DNA from: an uncultured Gemmatimonadaceae bacterium
GTDB taxonomy: Bacteria > Gemmatimonadota > Gemmatimonadetes > Gemmatimonadales > Gemmatimonadaceae
DNA length: 64,000 nucleotides
Assembly (NCBI GenBank): GCA_963716745.1
Contig: OY970320.1
Coordinates: 2,592,001 to 2,656,000 of the forward strand
Direction: 5' to 3'
The position numbers and the translations under genes were made by a program. Positions 9,179 to 20,226 of this stretch are shown piece by piece. Each line of letters begins with the position of its first letter. The first letter of the stretch is position 1. The notes beneath the pieces were generated by a model that was given only the letters and a program-made list of their open reading frames with translations, made no database searches and was not told the origin of the DNA.

Positions 9179-9951
9179 TCCGACTCGACAACGTCTACAA
9201 GGCCTTCGGCGAGAAGAAGGTGCTGCAGGGATTCTCCCTCGACGTGAACGAGGGCGAGACCGTGGCGCTCATCGGTTTCTCGGGCGGCGGGAAGTCGGTG
9301 ACGATCAAGCACATCGTCGGCCTGCTCGATCCGGACTCGGGCACCGTCACCGTGGATGGGGAGGATGTGCCGAATCTCCCGCGGAAGGACCTGTACGCGC
9401 TGCGCTCGCACATCGGGTACGTGTTCCAGTTCGCGGCGCTCTTCGACTCGCTCACGATCGGCGACAACGTGGCGATGGGGCTGCGCAAGCAAGGCACGCT
9501 CGGCGAAGCGGACATCCAGAAACGCGTGGCCGAAGCGCTCGCGCTGGTGGACCTTCCCGACACGCAGGAACGATTCCCCGCCGAACTCTCGGGTGGCATG
9601 CGGAAGCGCGTGGGCATCGCGCGCGGCATCGCGCTCCGCCCCAAGTACATCCTGTACGACGAGCCCACGACGGGGCTGGATCCCGTGACGAGTGCCGTGA
9701 TCGACGAACTGATGATCCGCATGCAGAAGCAGCTCGGCGTCACCGGTGTGGTGATCACGCACGACATGCGAAGCGCCTATCGCGTGGCGTCGCGGATCGC
9801 GATGCTGTACGAGGGGAAAGTCCAGCAGGTGGGCACCGTGAAGGAGATCCAGGAGACACGGGACCCGATCGTACGCCAATTCATCGAAGGCCGAGCGAGC
9901 ATCGATCAGGAGAGTGCCGCACGGACCGGAGTGCCCGGAGGAGCGCGATGA
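9175..9951 (+). CDS. mlaF: MlaF family ABC transporter ATP-binding protein
   Basis: Walker A GFSGGGKS, LSGGMRKRV, YDEPTTGLDP; TTG start overlaps the mlaE stop (TTGA). Confidence 0.92.
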   Translation: MIRLDNVYKAFGEKKVLQGFSLDVNEGETVALIGFSGGGKSVTIKHIVGLLDPDSGTVTVDGEDVPNLPRKDLYALRSHIGYVFQFAALFDSLTIGDNVAMGLRKQGTLGEADIQKRVAEALALVDLPDTQERFPAELSGGMRKRVGIARGIALRPKYILYDEPTTGLDPVTSAVIDELMIRMQKQLGVTGVVITHDMRSAYRVASRIAMLYEGKVQQVGTVKEIQETRDPIVRQFIEGRASIDQESAARTGVPGGAR

Positions 9952-10958
9952 GACGCCAGGATGATTTCGTGGTCGGACTCGTGGTCATCGCCGCCGTAGT
10001 GGCGGTGACCGGCATGGCACTCTGGCTCAGCCGCGCGCAGTTCGGTGCGCGCTCGGCGCCCGTCGTGGCCCGGCTCCGCGAAGTGGGCGGCGCACAGGTG
10101 GGATCGCCGGTCGTGATCCGCGGCGTGGCCGCCGGACGCATCACCGGCATCAACCTCGATGAGAAGACCGGCTGGGTGCTCGTGAAGATCGTTCTCGACA
10201 AGGGCATCACCCTGCCGCTGAATCCGGTGCTGCTGCTGAGCGAGGCGAGTATGTTCGGCCAGTGGCAAGCGACGCTCGAGGAGCGCAACGCGGCGCCGCC
10301 GAACACCGACGTGCAGGCGCAGCTGGATGATCCGGCGGCCAAGCTCAACGGCTCGATCCCGGGCGCCGTGCTCCCGGGCATCGGCGAGTTGTCGGTGGTG
10401 GCCGGCCGCATCGCCGGCGACGTCGAGGCGGTGGCGCACCGCTTCGGCACCGCGTTCAGCGACAGCGCCGCGCGCGAACTGCGCGCGACGATCAAGAACA
10501 TCAACAATCTCTCGACGACGCTCAACACCACCGTCGGCGAACAGTCGAAGAACCTCGACCGCATCGGGGCGCAGCTCGCCGTGACGATCAAGACCATCGG
10601 GTCGGCCGCCGACGCGATCGATCGCACCGCTGACCGGATCGATTCGTCTACCGCGAACGGCCAGTTGAAGGCCTTGGTCACCAACGCGCGGCTCGCGTCG
10701 GAAGACCTGCGCGAGATGGCGGCGCGCCTCAAGAAATCGGCGGGCTCGATCGACACCACCGCCGCGAGCTTCCAGTCCACCATGATCCACACCGACTCGG
10801 TGATGGTGAAGATCAATCGCGGGCAGGGGAGCCTCGGCTTGCTCATCAATGACCCGCGCTTATACCGGGACGCCGATTCGCTGCTCGTCGCGTTCCGGAA
10901 CCTCGCCACCGACGTGAAGGCGCACCCGTCGCGCTATGTGAATGTGAAGATCTTTTGA
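9948..10958 (+). CDS. mlaD: MlaD/MCE family protein
   Basis: N-terminal TM, GSPVVIRGVAAGRI MCE motif, helical tail ending GSLGLLINDPRLY. Confidence 0.88.
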   Translation: MRRQDDFVVGLVVIAAVVAVTGMALWLSRAQFGARSAPVVARLREVGGAQVGSPVVIRGVAAGRITGINLDEKTGWVLVKIVLDKGITLPLNPVLLLSEASMFGQWQATLEERNAAPPNTDVQAQLDDPAAKLNGSIPGAVLPGIGELSVVAGRIAGDVEAVAHRFGTAFSDSAARELRATIKNINNLSTTLNTTVGEQSKNLDRIGAQLAVTIKTIGSAADAIDRTADRIDSSTANGQLKALVTNARLASEDLREMAARLKKSAGSIDTTAASFQSTMIHTDSVMVKINRGQGSLGLLINDPRLYRDADSLLVAFRNLATDVKAHPSRYVNVKIF

Positions 10959-11431
10959 TGAAGGCGCCGGCGACTCGCGAGGAGACATCGGCGGGCGGCG
11001 TCGTGTACCGGATGATCGCGGGTTCGCCGCAGTATCTGCTCATCCGCGACAGCTACGAGAACTGGGGCTTCCCGAAGGGGCACCTGAAGCAGGGCGAAGC
11101 GCCGGCGGACGCGGCGGCTCGCGAGACGCGCGAGGAGACGGGGCTCAGCCGCCTCGAACTGCAGGGCGAGCTTGGCACCATCGAGTGGTGGTTCCGGTTC
11201 CGCGGGCGCCGGATCCACAAGTACTGCCACTTCTATCTCTTCGAGAGCGCGGAAGGCGACACGACGCCTCAGCGGGCGGAGGGGATCACGGAGTGCGAGT
11301 TCGTTGCGGAACAGGAGGCGATTTCGCGCTTATCGTATGCCAATGCGCGGGACGTGCTGAAGCGGGCCGTTGAGCTGGTCGAGGGCATCGTGCATCGTGC
11401 ATCGCCCATCGATGGAGCGCGGCCGGGATAG
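10955..11431 (+). CDS. NUDIX hydrolase (Ap4A hydrolase-like)
   Basis: SAGGVVY...WGFPKGHLKQGEAPADAAARETREETG Nudix box. Confidence 0.9.
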   Translation: MMKAPATREETSAGGVVYRMIAGSPQYLLIRDSYENWGFPKGHLKQGEAPADAAARETREETGLSRLELQGELGTIEWWFRFRGRRIHKYCHFYLFESAEGDTTPQRAEGITECEFVAEQEAISRLSYANARDVLKRAVELVEGIVHRASPIDGARPG

Positions 11432-11464
11432 GGATTCCGACGCACGATGCACAATGCACGATGA
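11385..11464. repeat. Inverted heptamer repeats (GCATCGT)n ... (ACGATGC)n straddling the NUDIX stop codon
   Basis: gcatcgt gcatcgt gcatcgc (11385-11405) and acgatgc acaatgc acgatga (11444-11464). Confidence 0.75.
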
Positions 11465-11491
11465 ACGCCGGTCCTTGCACGAGCGGGATCC

Positions 11492-11509
11492 TTGTGACAA
11501 ATTTCACAA
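11492..11509. promoter_or_regulatory. Palindromic operator upstream of atpA (Rex- or CRP/FNR-type)
   Basis: TTGTGACAAATTTCACAA: one mismatch to Rex consensus TTGTGAA-N4-TTCACAA and a perfect TGTGA-N6-TCACA. Confidence 0.65.
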
Positions 11510-11542
11510 GCTGGAACACGACCTCCATCCGAACTCCGAGTT

Positions 11543-13126
11543 ATGGCCTCCGACTCCGCGCTCCGCCCCGCCGAAATCAAGGACATCCTCCTCCGCGAGA
11601 TCGACGCGGCCGACCTCAAGGAACTCGATGTCGAACAGGTCGGAACGCTCCTTGAAGTGAAGGACGGCATCGCCCGCATCTACGGCCTCACCAAGGCGAT
11701 GTCCGGCGAGATGCTCGAGATCAAATCGTCCGAGACCGGCGAAACGGTCACCGCCCTCGCGCTCAATCTCGAAGAAGACAACATCGGCGCCGTCGTCCTC
11801 GGCGATTATCTGAAGCTCCGCGAAGGCGACGAGGCCCGCCGCACCAAGCGCGTGCTCGAAGTGCCGGTCGGTCCGGAACTCGTCGGCCGCGTCGTCGATG
11901 CCCTCGGCAATCCGCTCGACGGCAAGGGCCCGATCAACGCGAAGTTGACGCGGAAGGTCGAGTCGCAGGCGCCCGGCATCATCGTGCGCCAGCCCGTGAA
12001 GGAGCCGCTCCAGACCGGCATCAAGGCGATCGACTCCATGATCCCGATCGGCCGCGGCCAGCGCGAGCTCATCATCGGCGACCGCGCGATCGGCAAGACC
12101 GCGATCGCGATCGACACGATCATCAACCAGAAGGGCACCGGCGTCATCTGCGTGTACGTCGCGATCGGACAGAAGAAGTCCACGGTCGCGGCCACGGTGG
12201 ACAAGCTGCGCGAGATGGGCGCGATGGATTACACGATCGTCGTCCTCGCCGCCGCGTCCGATCCGGCGCCAATGCAGTACATCGCGCCCTACACGGGCTG
12301 CGCGATGGCCGAGTACTTCATGTACCACGAGGGCAAGGCCGCGCTGTGCGTGTACGACGACCTCTCCAAGCAGGCCGCCGCGTACCGCGCGATCACGCTC
12401 GTGCTGCGCCGCCCGCCGGGCCGCGAAGCGTATCCGGGCGACGTCTTCTATCTGCACTCGCGCCTGCTCGAGCGCGCCGCGAAGATCAGCGAGGATCCGA
12501 AGGTCGTGGACAACAAGACGATCTTCAAACCGGGCGGCTCGCTCACCGCGCTCCCGATCATCGAGACGCAGGCCGGCGACGTGTCCGCCTACATCCCGAC
12601 GAACGTCATCTCGATCACCGACGGCCAGATCTTCCTCGAGTCCGACATGTTCAATGCCGGCACGCGTCCCGCGATCAACGCCGGCATCTCGGTGAGCCGC
12701 GTGGGCGGCTCGGCGCAGATCAAGGCGATGCGCTCGGTGGCCGGCCGTCTCCGCCTCGACCTCGCGCAGTTCCGCGAGCTCGAAGCGTTCGCCGCCTTCG
12801 CGTCCGACATGGACAAGGCGACCAAGGCGCAGCTCGAGCGCGGCGCGCGCATCGTCGAAGTGCTCAAGCAGCCGCAGTACCAGCCGATGCCGGTGGAAGA
12901 GCAGGTGATGATCATCTACGCCGCGACGAACGGGCACTTGGACGACATCGCTGTTCCTCGCGTGAAGGCGTGGGAGAAGGATTTCCTCGGCTTCATGAAG
13001 AAGAGCTACCCGCAGGTCGGCATGGCGGTGCAGAAGGAGAAGGTGCTCTCGAAGGAGAACGAGGCCGCGCTCAAGGCCGGCATCGAAGCGTTCAAGAAGA
13101 CGCCCGCCGGCGCGCCGGCCGCGTAA
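11543..13126 (+). CDS. atpA: F1F0 ATP synthase subunit alpha
   Basis: [43 protein letters not shown]. Confidence 0.98.
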   Translation: MASDSALRPAEIKDILLREIDAADLKELDVEQVGTLLEVKDGIARIYGLTKAMSGEMLEIKSSETGETVTALALNLEEDNIGAVVLGDYLKLREGDEARRTKRVLEVPVGPELVGRVVDALGNPLDGKGPINAKLTRKVESQAPGIIVRQPVKEPLQTGIKAIDSMIPIGRGQRELIIGDRAIGKTAIAIDTIINQKGTGVICVYVAIGQKKSTVAATVDKLREMGAMDYTIVVLAAASDPAPMQYIAPYTGCAMAEYFMYHEGKAALCVYDDLSKQAAAYRAITLVLRRPPGREAYPGDVFYLHSRLLERAAKISEDPKVVDNKTIFKPGGSLTALPIIETQAGDVSAYIPTNVISITDGQIFLESDMFNAGTRPAINAGISVSRVGGSAQIKAMRSVAGRLRLDLAQFRELEAFAAFASDMDKATKAQLERGARIVEVLKQPQYQPMPVEEQVMIIYAATNGHLDDIAVPRVKAWEKDFLGFMKKSYPQVGMAVQKEKVLSKENEAALKAGIEAFKKTPAGAPAA

Positions 13127-13129
13127 CGC

Positions 13130-15465
<2,336 letters not shown>

Positions 15466-15473
15466 GCCGCTTC

Positions 15474-15731
15474 GTGCTCACGATCTCGGTGATCTCCCCC
15501 GAACAGACCCTGTACGAGGGGAACGCGACTTCCGTGGTGGCTCCCGCGTACGACGGGGAAGTAGGTATACTTACCGGGCATGCGCCGCTCATGACGTTGT
15601 TGGGCAGCGGCACGCTGCGCGTCATGAACGGCGCAGCGGAGGAACGGTTCGCGGTTGAAGGCGGATTCCTGCAGGTCGTGGATGATGTCGTTCGCGTCGT
15701 GACCGAGAAGGCGAGTCCCGCTGCACGCTAG
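15474..15731 (+). CDS. atpC: ATP synthase subunit epsilon (short form)
   Basis: VISPEQTLYEG...GEVGILTGHAPL...VEGGFLQV; beta-sandwich only, 85 aa. Confidence 0.92.
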   Translation: MLTISVISPEQTLYEGNATSVVAPAYDGEVGILTGHAPLMTLLGSGTLRVMNGAAEERFAVEGGFLQVVDDVVRVVTEKASPAAR

Positions 15732-15759
15732 TCCACTAACGTTCTCCGGAGACGATACC

Positions 15760-16395
15760 ATGTTGATTCCCCGCACTCGTACGCTGGCCGTGCTCGCGGT
15801 CGGCGCACTGCTCACTCTTGCGGCACCGGTGCACGCGCAGGCGTGGCACTATCCCGCCATGCAGCCGGCGTCGCAGGAACCCAATGAGATTAACGTCCTT
15901 ATCGCCGGCTTCGGTGGTGATTACGGCGAATCGTTCATCGGGCAGTACCGCTGGACGATGGACAAGCGCACGCAGCTGTGGGCCGATGTCGGCGTGTCCA
16001 CGCCCACCGGCTCGACGCTGTTCGACATCGGCATTGCGGGCGGCGTCATGCTGTTGGCGCCGACGCCCGAGCGGCCGATCGATCTGATGGCGACGCTGGG
16101 CATCTATGGCGCCTTCGGCGATGGCTCGGTGTGGCGCATTCCGATCGGCATCAATGTCGGCCACACGTTCATCCTCGACAACAAGCACGCGCTCAAGATC
16201 TTCGGCTTTCCGCGTCTCTCGATCGACTTCTGCTCGAGCGATTGCGGCACCAACGCGAATCTCAATTTCGACGCGGGCGCGAGCTACGATATCACCAGCG
16301 CCATGAGCGGGCGTGCCGCGTTCACGTTCGGAGCGGTGGGAGCGGGAAGCTCGGATGCAGGATTCGGGATCTCGCTGGCGTTCAAGACGAAGTAA
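15760..16395 (+). CDS. Putative outer-membrane beta-barrel protein
   Basis: Signal peptide (APVHA-QA), alternating amphipathic strands, C-terminal GFGISLAF. Confidence 0.65.
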   Translation: MLIPRTRTLAVLAVGALLTLAAPVHAQAWHYPAMQPASQEPNEINVLIAGFGGDYGESFIGQYRWTMDKRTQLWADVGVSTPTGSTLFDIGIAGGVMLLAPTPERPIDLMATLGIYGAFGDGSVWRIPIGINVGHTFILDNKHALKIFGFPRLSIDFCSSDCGTNANLNFDAGASYDITSAMSGRAAFTFGAVGAGSSDAGFGISLAFKTK

Positions 16396-16423
16396 CGCGC
16401 GGTAGACCATTCGTGATCCGAAC

Positions 16424-16454
16424 GAGGGGAGCGGCGCCTAGCGCCGCTCCCCTC
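16424..16454 (+). terminator. Hairpin terminator after the atp/OMP operon
   Basis: GAGGGGAGCGGCGC-cta-GCGCCGCTCCCCTC, perfect 14-bp stem. Confidence 0.75.
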
Positions 16455-16462
16455 TTCGCATC

Positions 16463-16675
16463 AACGGCGTGCGTACCGAGTCGTGCGTGTTCGACCACAC
16501 ACGGCGTAAGTACCGAGTCGTGCGTGTTCGACCACCACGGGCGTGCGTACCGAGTCGTCCTGTGTTTCGTCCGCGACGCGCGACTCGGTACCCACGCGGT
16601 CGGTGGGCCACGGCGCACGACTCAGTACTTACGCACTCAGTGGTCGAACACGCACGACTCAGTACGCACGCCGTT
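16463..16675. repeat. Large imperfect palindrome of ~37-bp tandem units (copy A)
   Basis: Three forward units ACGGCGTGCGTACCGAGTCGTGCGTGTTCGACCAC.. then three inverted; outer 36-bp arms (16463-16498, 16640-16675) differ at one base. Confidence 0.9.
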
Positions 16676-16680
16676 TGCAG

Positions 16681-17965
16681 TCAGTCGAGCAGCTCGCCCA
16701 CCATTTTCGCGCTCCGCTCCGCCGCTCCCAGCCCTGATCGTACCATCTCCCGCGCCGCATTCCCCGCGCGCTCGCACTCATCCGGATCGGCAAGCCACTT
16801 CGTGAGCAGTACGCCGAGCGCGTGCGCATCCTGCGCGCTCGCTCCTCCTCCGCACGCGATCAATAGCCCCGCATCGCGGCTCATCGCGAATTGCGGACCG
16901 AACGCCACCGGCGCGCCGAACGCCGCGGGCTCCAGTACCGAGTGCAGCCCCGCGGCGTGGAACCCTCCGCCCACGAGCGCCGCCGCGGCGAGCGCGTACA
17001 ACTCGCCGAGCACGCCCACGCGATCGACGATCACGACGTCGGCCTCGCGCGCGTGGCCGGCGCCGAGGCGTGCCCAGCGTGAGACCCTGCTCGGCCGCCG
17101 AGCGCTCGAGCGGCTCGAGGTGCGCGGCGGTCGGTTCGTGCGGCGCGATGATGAGACGCGCCGCCGGCACGCGCGATCGTACCGCGGTCCATGCGGCGAA
17201 GAGCGCCCGTTCGTCGGCCGGCCACGTCGAACCCGCCACGAGCGTGGGCCGCGGCGACGCGAGCGGCGCGAGCAATGCCCCGTGACGGTCCGCAGCCGCG
17301 GCGCGCGCCCACACTTGATCGTACCGCGTATCGCCGGTCACGCGCACGCGGTTGGCCCGGGCGCCGAGCGCCGCGAGGCCGATCGCGTCGCGCTCATCGA
17401 TCGCGCCGATCGCATCCAGCTGCGCGTACGCATCCCCGAGCACCGCGCGCGCGAATGGCGAGCGGCGTCCCGACGTATCGCTCAGCGTCGCACTAATGAG
17501 GGCGAGCCGCACCGCGCGCGCGGCGGCCTCGCGCGTGAGCGCCGGCCACACGTCGAGTTTGCTGAATACGAGCGCACGCGGGCGCAGCGCATCGAGCATC
17601 GCGCGCGCATCGGCCGCGCGATCGAACGGCAGGTAGTCGGCGGCGTCCACATCCAGCGAGCGCGCGAACGATTCCGCGCTCGGCGAGAAGAATGTGTACG
17701 CGATCTGCGTCGCGGGCCGCTCGCGCCGGATGCGTTCGATCACCGGCCGCGCCTGCAGACCTTCGCCCACCGAGGGTGCGTGCACCCAGAGCAACGGACG
17801 CGCCGGATCGCGGTGCGCGGTGGCCCACTGTGTCCACCGGCCAACGAGGCCGTGACGCGCCGCGAACGTGCGCTGGGTCTTGCTCCCGCCGGCCGGCGCG
17901 ATGTGAGCCCCGAGCTGGGCCGCACGCGCGGCCCCCTCGTACAATAGCGCGACCAGCTTGTGCAC
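16681..17965 (-). CDS. waaA: 3-deoxy-D-manno-octulosonic acid (Kdo) transferase, with one frameshift near 17073
   Basis: LWVHAPSVGE, YLPFD, TGDTRYD, LVAGSTW, IIAPHEP in one frame; DRVGVLGELY...VGGGF...VLEPAAFGAPV in another. Removing one base of the G run (CCC 17073-17075) joins them. Confidence 0.88.
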
Positions 17966-17977
17966 GCGGGTCGTGCG

Positions 17978-18613
17978 CTAGGGCTTGGCGGCGGCGCCGG
18001 CGAGCGCAGCGTCCAGTGCCTGGCGGAACACCGCGATCCCCGCGGCGCCCGCGAGCTTGCGGCCGCCGATGAGGAAACTGGGCGTGGAGGTCACACCTTG
18101 ATCCGCCGACTTGTCCATGTCGGCCTGGATCGTGGGCATCATCGCGCCGGATTTGATGCAGGCGTTCATCTCCGCGACGTTCACCCCCACGCGCTGCGCG
18201 AGCGATTCGAACACCGGCGCCGGGTTCGCGAGACTCTCCCACTTCTCCTGGTTATCGAAGAGCAGGTCGGCCATCGGCCAGAAGATCCCCTGCGCTGCTG
18301 AGCACATCGCCGCCTGCGCTGCCGGCATCGCGTTCTTGTGCATCGGCAGCGGGAAGTTCACGTACGCGAGACGGATCTTGCCCGTGTCCACGTACTCTTT
18401 TTTCACAGCCGCGTACGTGGAGTCGTGCCACATCTTGCAGTAGGGGCATTGGAAGTCACTGATCTCGACGAGCCACACCGTCGCGGTGGGGCTGCCCTCG
18501 ATGCGGGCGTGGTCGGCGCGGCGCGCCATCGAATCGGCGGCCGCCTTCTGGGCGGCCGCCGGCGTGGTGGCGAGCGTGACGGCGACAGCGAGCAGCAGCG
18601 GCGATCGGGTCAT
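17978..18613 (-). CDS. DsbA/DsbG family thioredoxin-fold oxidoreductase
   Basis: Signal peptide, SDFQCPYC, GVTSTPSF. Confidence 0.9.
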   Translation of the reverse strand: MTRSPLLLAVAVTLATTPAAAQKAAADSMARRADHARIEGSPTATVWLVEISDFQCPYCKMWHDSTYAAVKKEYVDTGKIRLAYVNFPLPMHKNAMPAAQAAMCSAAQGIFWPMADLLFDNQEKWESLANPAPVFESLAQRVGVNVAEMNACIKSGAMMPTIQADMDKSADQGVTSTPSFLIGGRKLAGAAGIAVFRQALDAALAGAAAKP

Positions 18614-18619
18614 CGGTCC

Positions 18620-19837
18620 TCAGAAATCGGAGTCGAATCGGCGGAGCGTATCGGTGCGTCCGTCGAGCAGATAAGTATAGCCGTCCGCCGATACGATGGC
18701 GGCGGCGAAGCCGAGGTCGCGCGCGACCCCGATCGTGATGAGCATGTCCTGCTTCAGGTCGACGACGTACACGCCGTCGGGACCCGCCGCGACGAACATG
18801 CGCGCGCCCTGGATCGAGACGTCGTACGCGAAGCGCGCAACGGTCCAGCGATGGGCGGCCGTGGGGTGCAGCGGGTCGGCGACATTGAACATGCGCACGC
18901 CGCGCTCGCCGACGGCGACCGCCACGCGTCCGCCGCCGACGGCGATCTTGCGCGCGCCGCCATCGATCGGCAGCGCGGCGAGCCGCTGGAGCGAGTCGCC
19001 GTCCATCCGGAAGGAGACAAGGGAGTCGTCGGTAGCGGCCCATACGACCGACCGCTCGTGATCCAGCGCGAGCGCGCGCACCGGCAATGTGAGCGTGACG
19101 CCGGGCCATGCCATCTCGCTGTCGGCATTCACCGGCGTGATCGTCACGCGGTCGGCGGACGCGGCGATCACGCGGCCGCTCGTCGTGACAATGGCGGCGA
19201 CCTCGCCCGTGTGCACGAGCACGCCGCGCCCGCGGCGCGGCGGGAAGAGGTAGAGTCCGCTCCCCGTGCCTACGGCGAGCCAATTCGTGGACGGCGTGAT
19301 GCCCACGGTCGTGATGCCGATCAAGCCGCGCGCGCGCACATCGCCGGGCAGGAGACTGCGCTGCGAGAAGAACGTCTGCACCCCCTCGCTCGACGCGACG
19401 TCGACCAGCGAGTCATGCGCCGCGAGGGCGACCGGATCGCCGTCGATCTCGATCTCACTGCTTCGCACCGGGAGCGGACGCACGCCACGATACTGCACGG
19501 CGTGGATCTCATCGTACTGTTTCCCGAGCAGGTAACCGGCGATCGCGCCGAGCAAGAATCCGGCGGCCGGGACCGAGTAGGCCGTGGGTTTCTGCGAGGA
19601 GCCGATGGCGAAACCGACGCCGAACCCGACGAGGGCACCGAGGACGGCCATGGATTTCTTGCGCGGCGTGCGCCCGAGCTCCTTGTAGACCGTGTCGGCC
19701 TGGGCACGCGCCGGCGGGGCGATGGTCGCGATGGTGCTGGCGACTACGAGGGCGATGGCGGCCGAGCGGCGGCGGGTCGGACCGCTCGAGATGAACCGGC
19801 GGTGACGCGAAAGTGGAGGCGGACGCAGCAGGTTCAT
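18620..19837 (-). CDS. Hypothetical membrane/secreted beta-propeller protein (LVIVD-like repeats)
   Basis: Signal-like N-terminus, two Gly-rich hydrophobic helices, repeated VAVGERGVRMFNVADP / VAAGPDGVYVVDL blades; start uncertain. Confidence 0.6.
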   Translation of the reverse strand: MNLLRPPPLSRHRRFISSGPTRRRSAAIALVVASTIATIAPPARAQADTVYKELGRTPRKKSMAVLGALVGFGVGFAIGSSQKPTAYSVPAAGFLLGAIAGYLLGKQYDEIHAVQYRGVRPLPVRSSEIEIDGDPVALAAHDSLVDVASSEGVQTFFSQRSLLPGDVRARGLIGITTVGITPSTNWLAVGTGSGLYLFPPRRGRGVLVHTGEVAAIVTTSGRVIAASADRVTITPVNADSEMAWPGVTLTLPVRALALDHERSVVWAATDDSLVSFRMDGDSLQRLAALPIDGGARKIAVGGGRVAVAVGERGVRMFNVADPLHPTAAHRWTVARFAYDVSIQGARMFVAAGPDGVYVVDLKQDMLITIGVARDLGFAAAIVSADGYTYLLDGRTDTLRRFDSDF

Positions 19838-19962
19838 TCAGGGTGGCCTGGAGTCAGGGCGGGTGAGGGGCGGGTAAGTATAGTAGGGAAGAGCGGGAGC
19901 ACGAGGTGCGATAGCGCGCGAGTGGCCGCTGTCCAGTCTCGTGGACAGCCTGTGACCGCTTC

Positions 19963-19991
19963 TTGACACGGTCTGGACCCTTTCCTATACT
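19963..19991 (+). promoter_or_regulatory. Sigma-70 promoter of the first SusC/SusD locus
   Basis: TTGACA-17 nt-TATACT. Confidence 0.75.
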
Positions 19992-20226
19992 CGACAGACA
20001 AGGCAGTGGGTCCGAACGGTCGTCCGCCCCCGGTCCGTTTTTTGGGGGGCGTCCGTTGGGCTCGCAGCTAATCGATGTATCTCTGCTTTCGAAACTCAAC
20101 CAGGGAGGTGCTCCGGAGGTCGCAAGCCCGGTGCGGTTGGCTGCGACGCGTGTGCGCGCAGCGTGGTTCCCACGGTTGGATCGTTAGATCCACACGTTCA
20201 TTGGAACGAGTTCGAAAGGAGGAAGC

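Noticed and set aside
16463..16675. 37-bp repeated units (also 37900-38080) as a CRISPR array
   Set aside because: Units are contiguous with no unique spacers, switch to inverted orientation halfway, and no cas genes are present.
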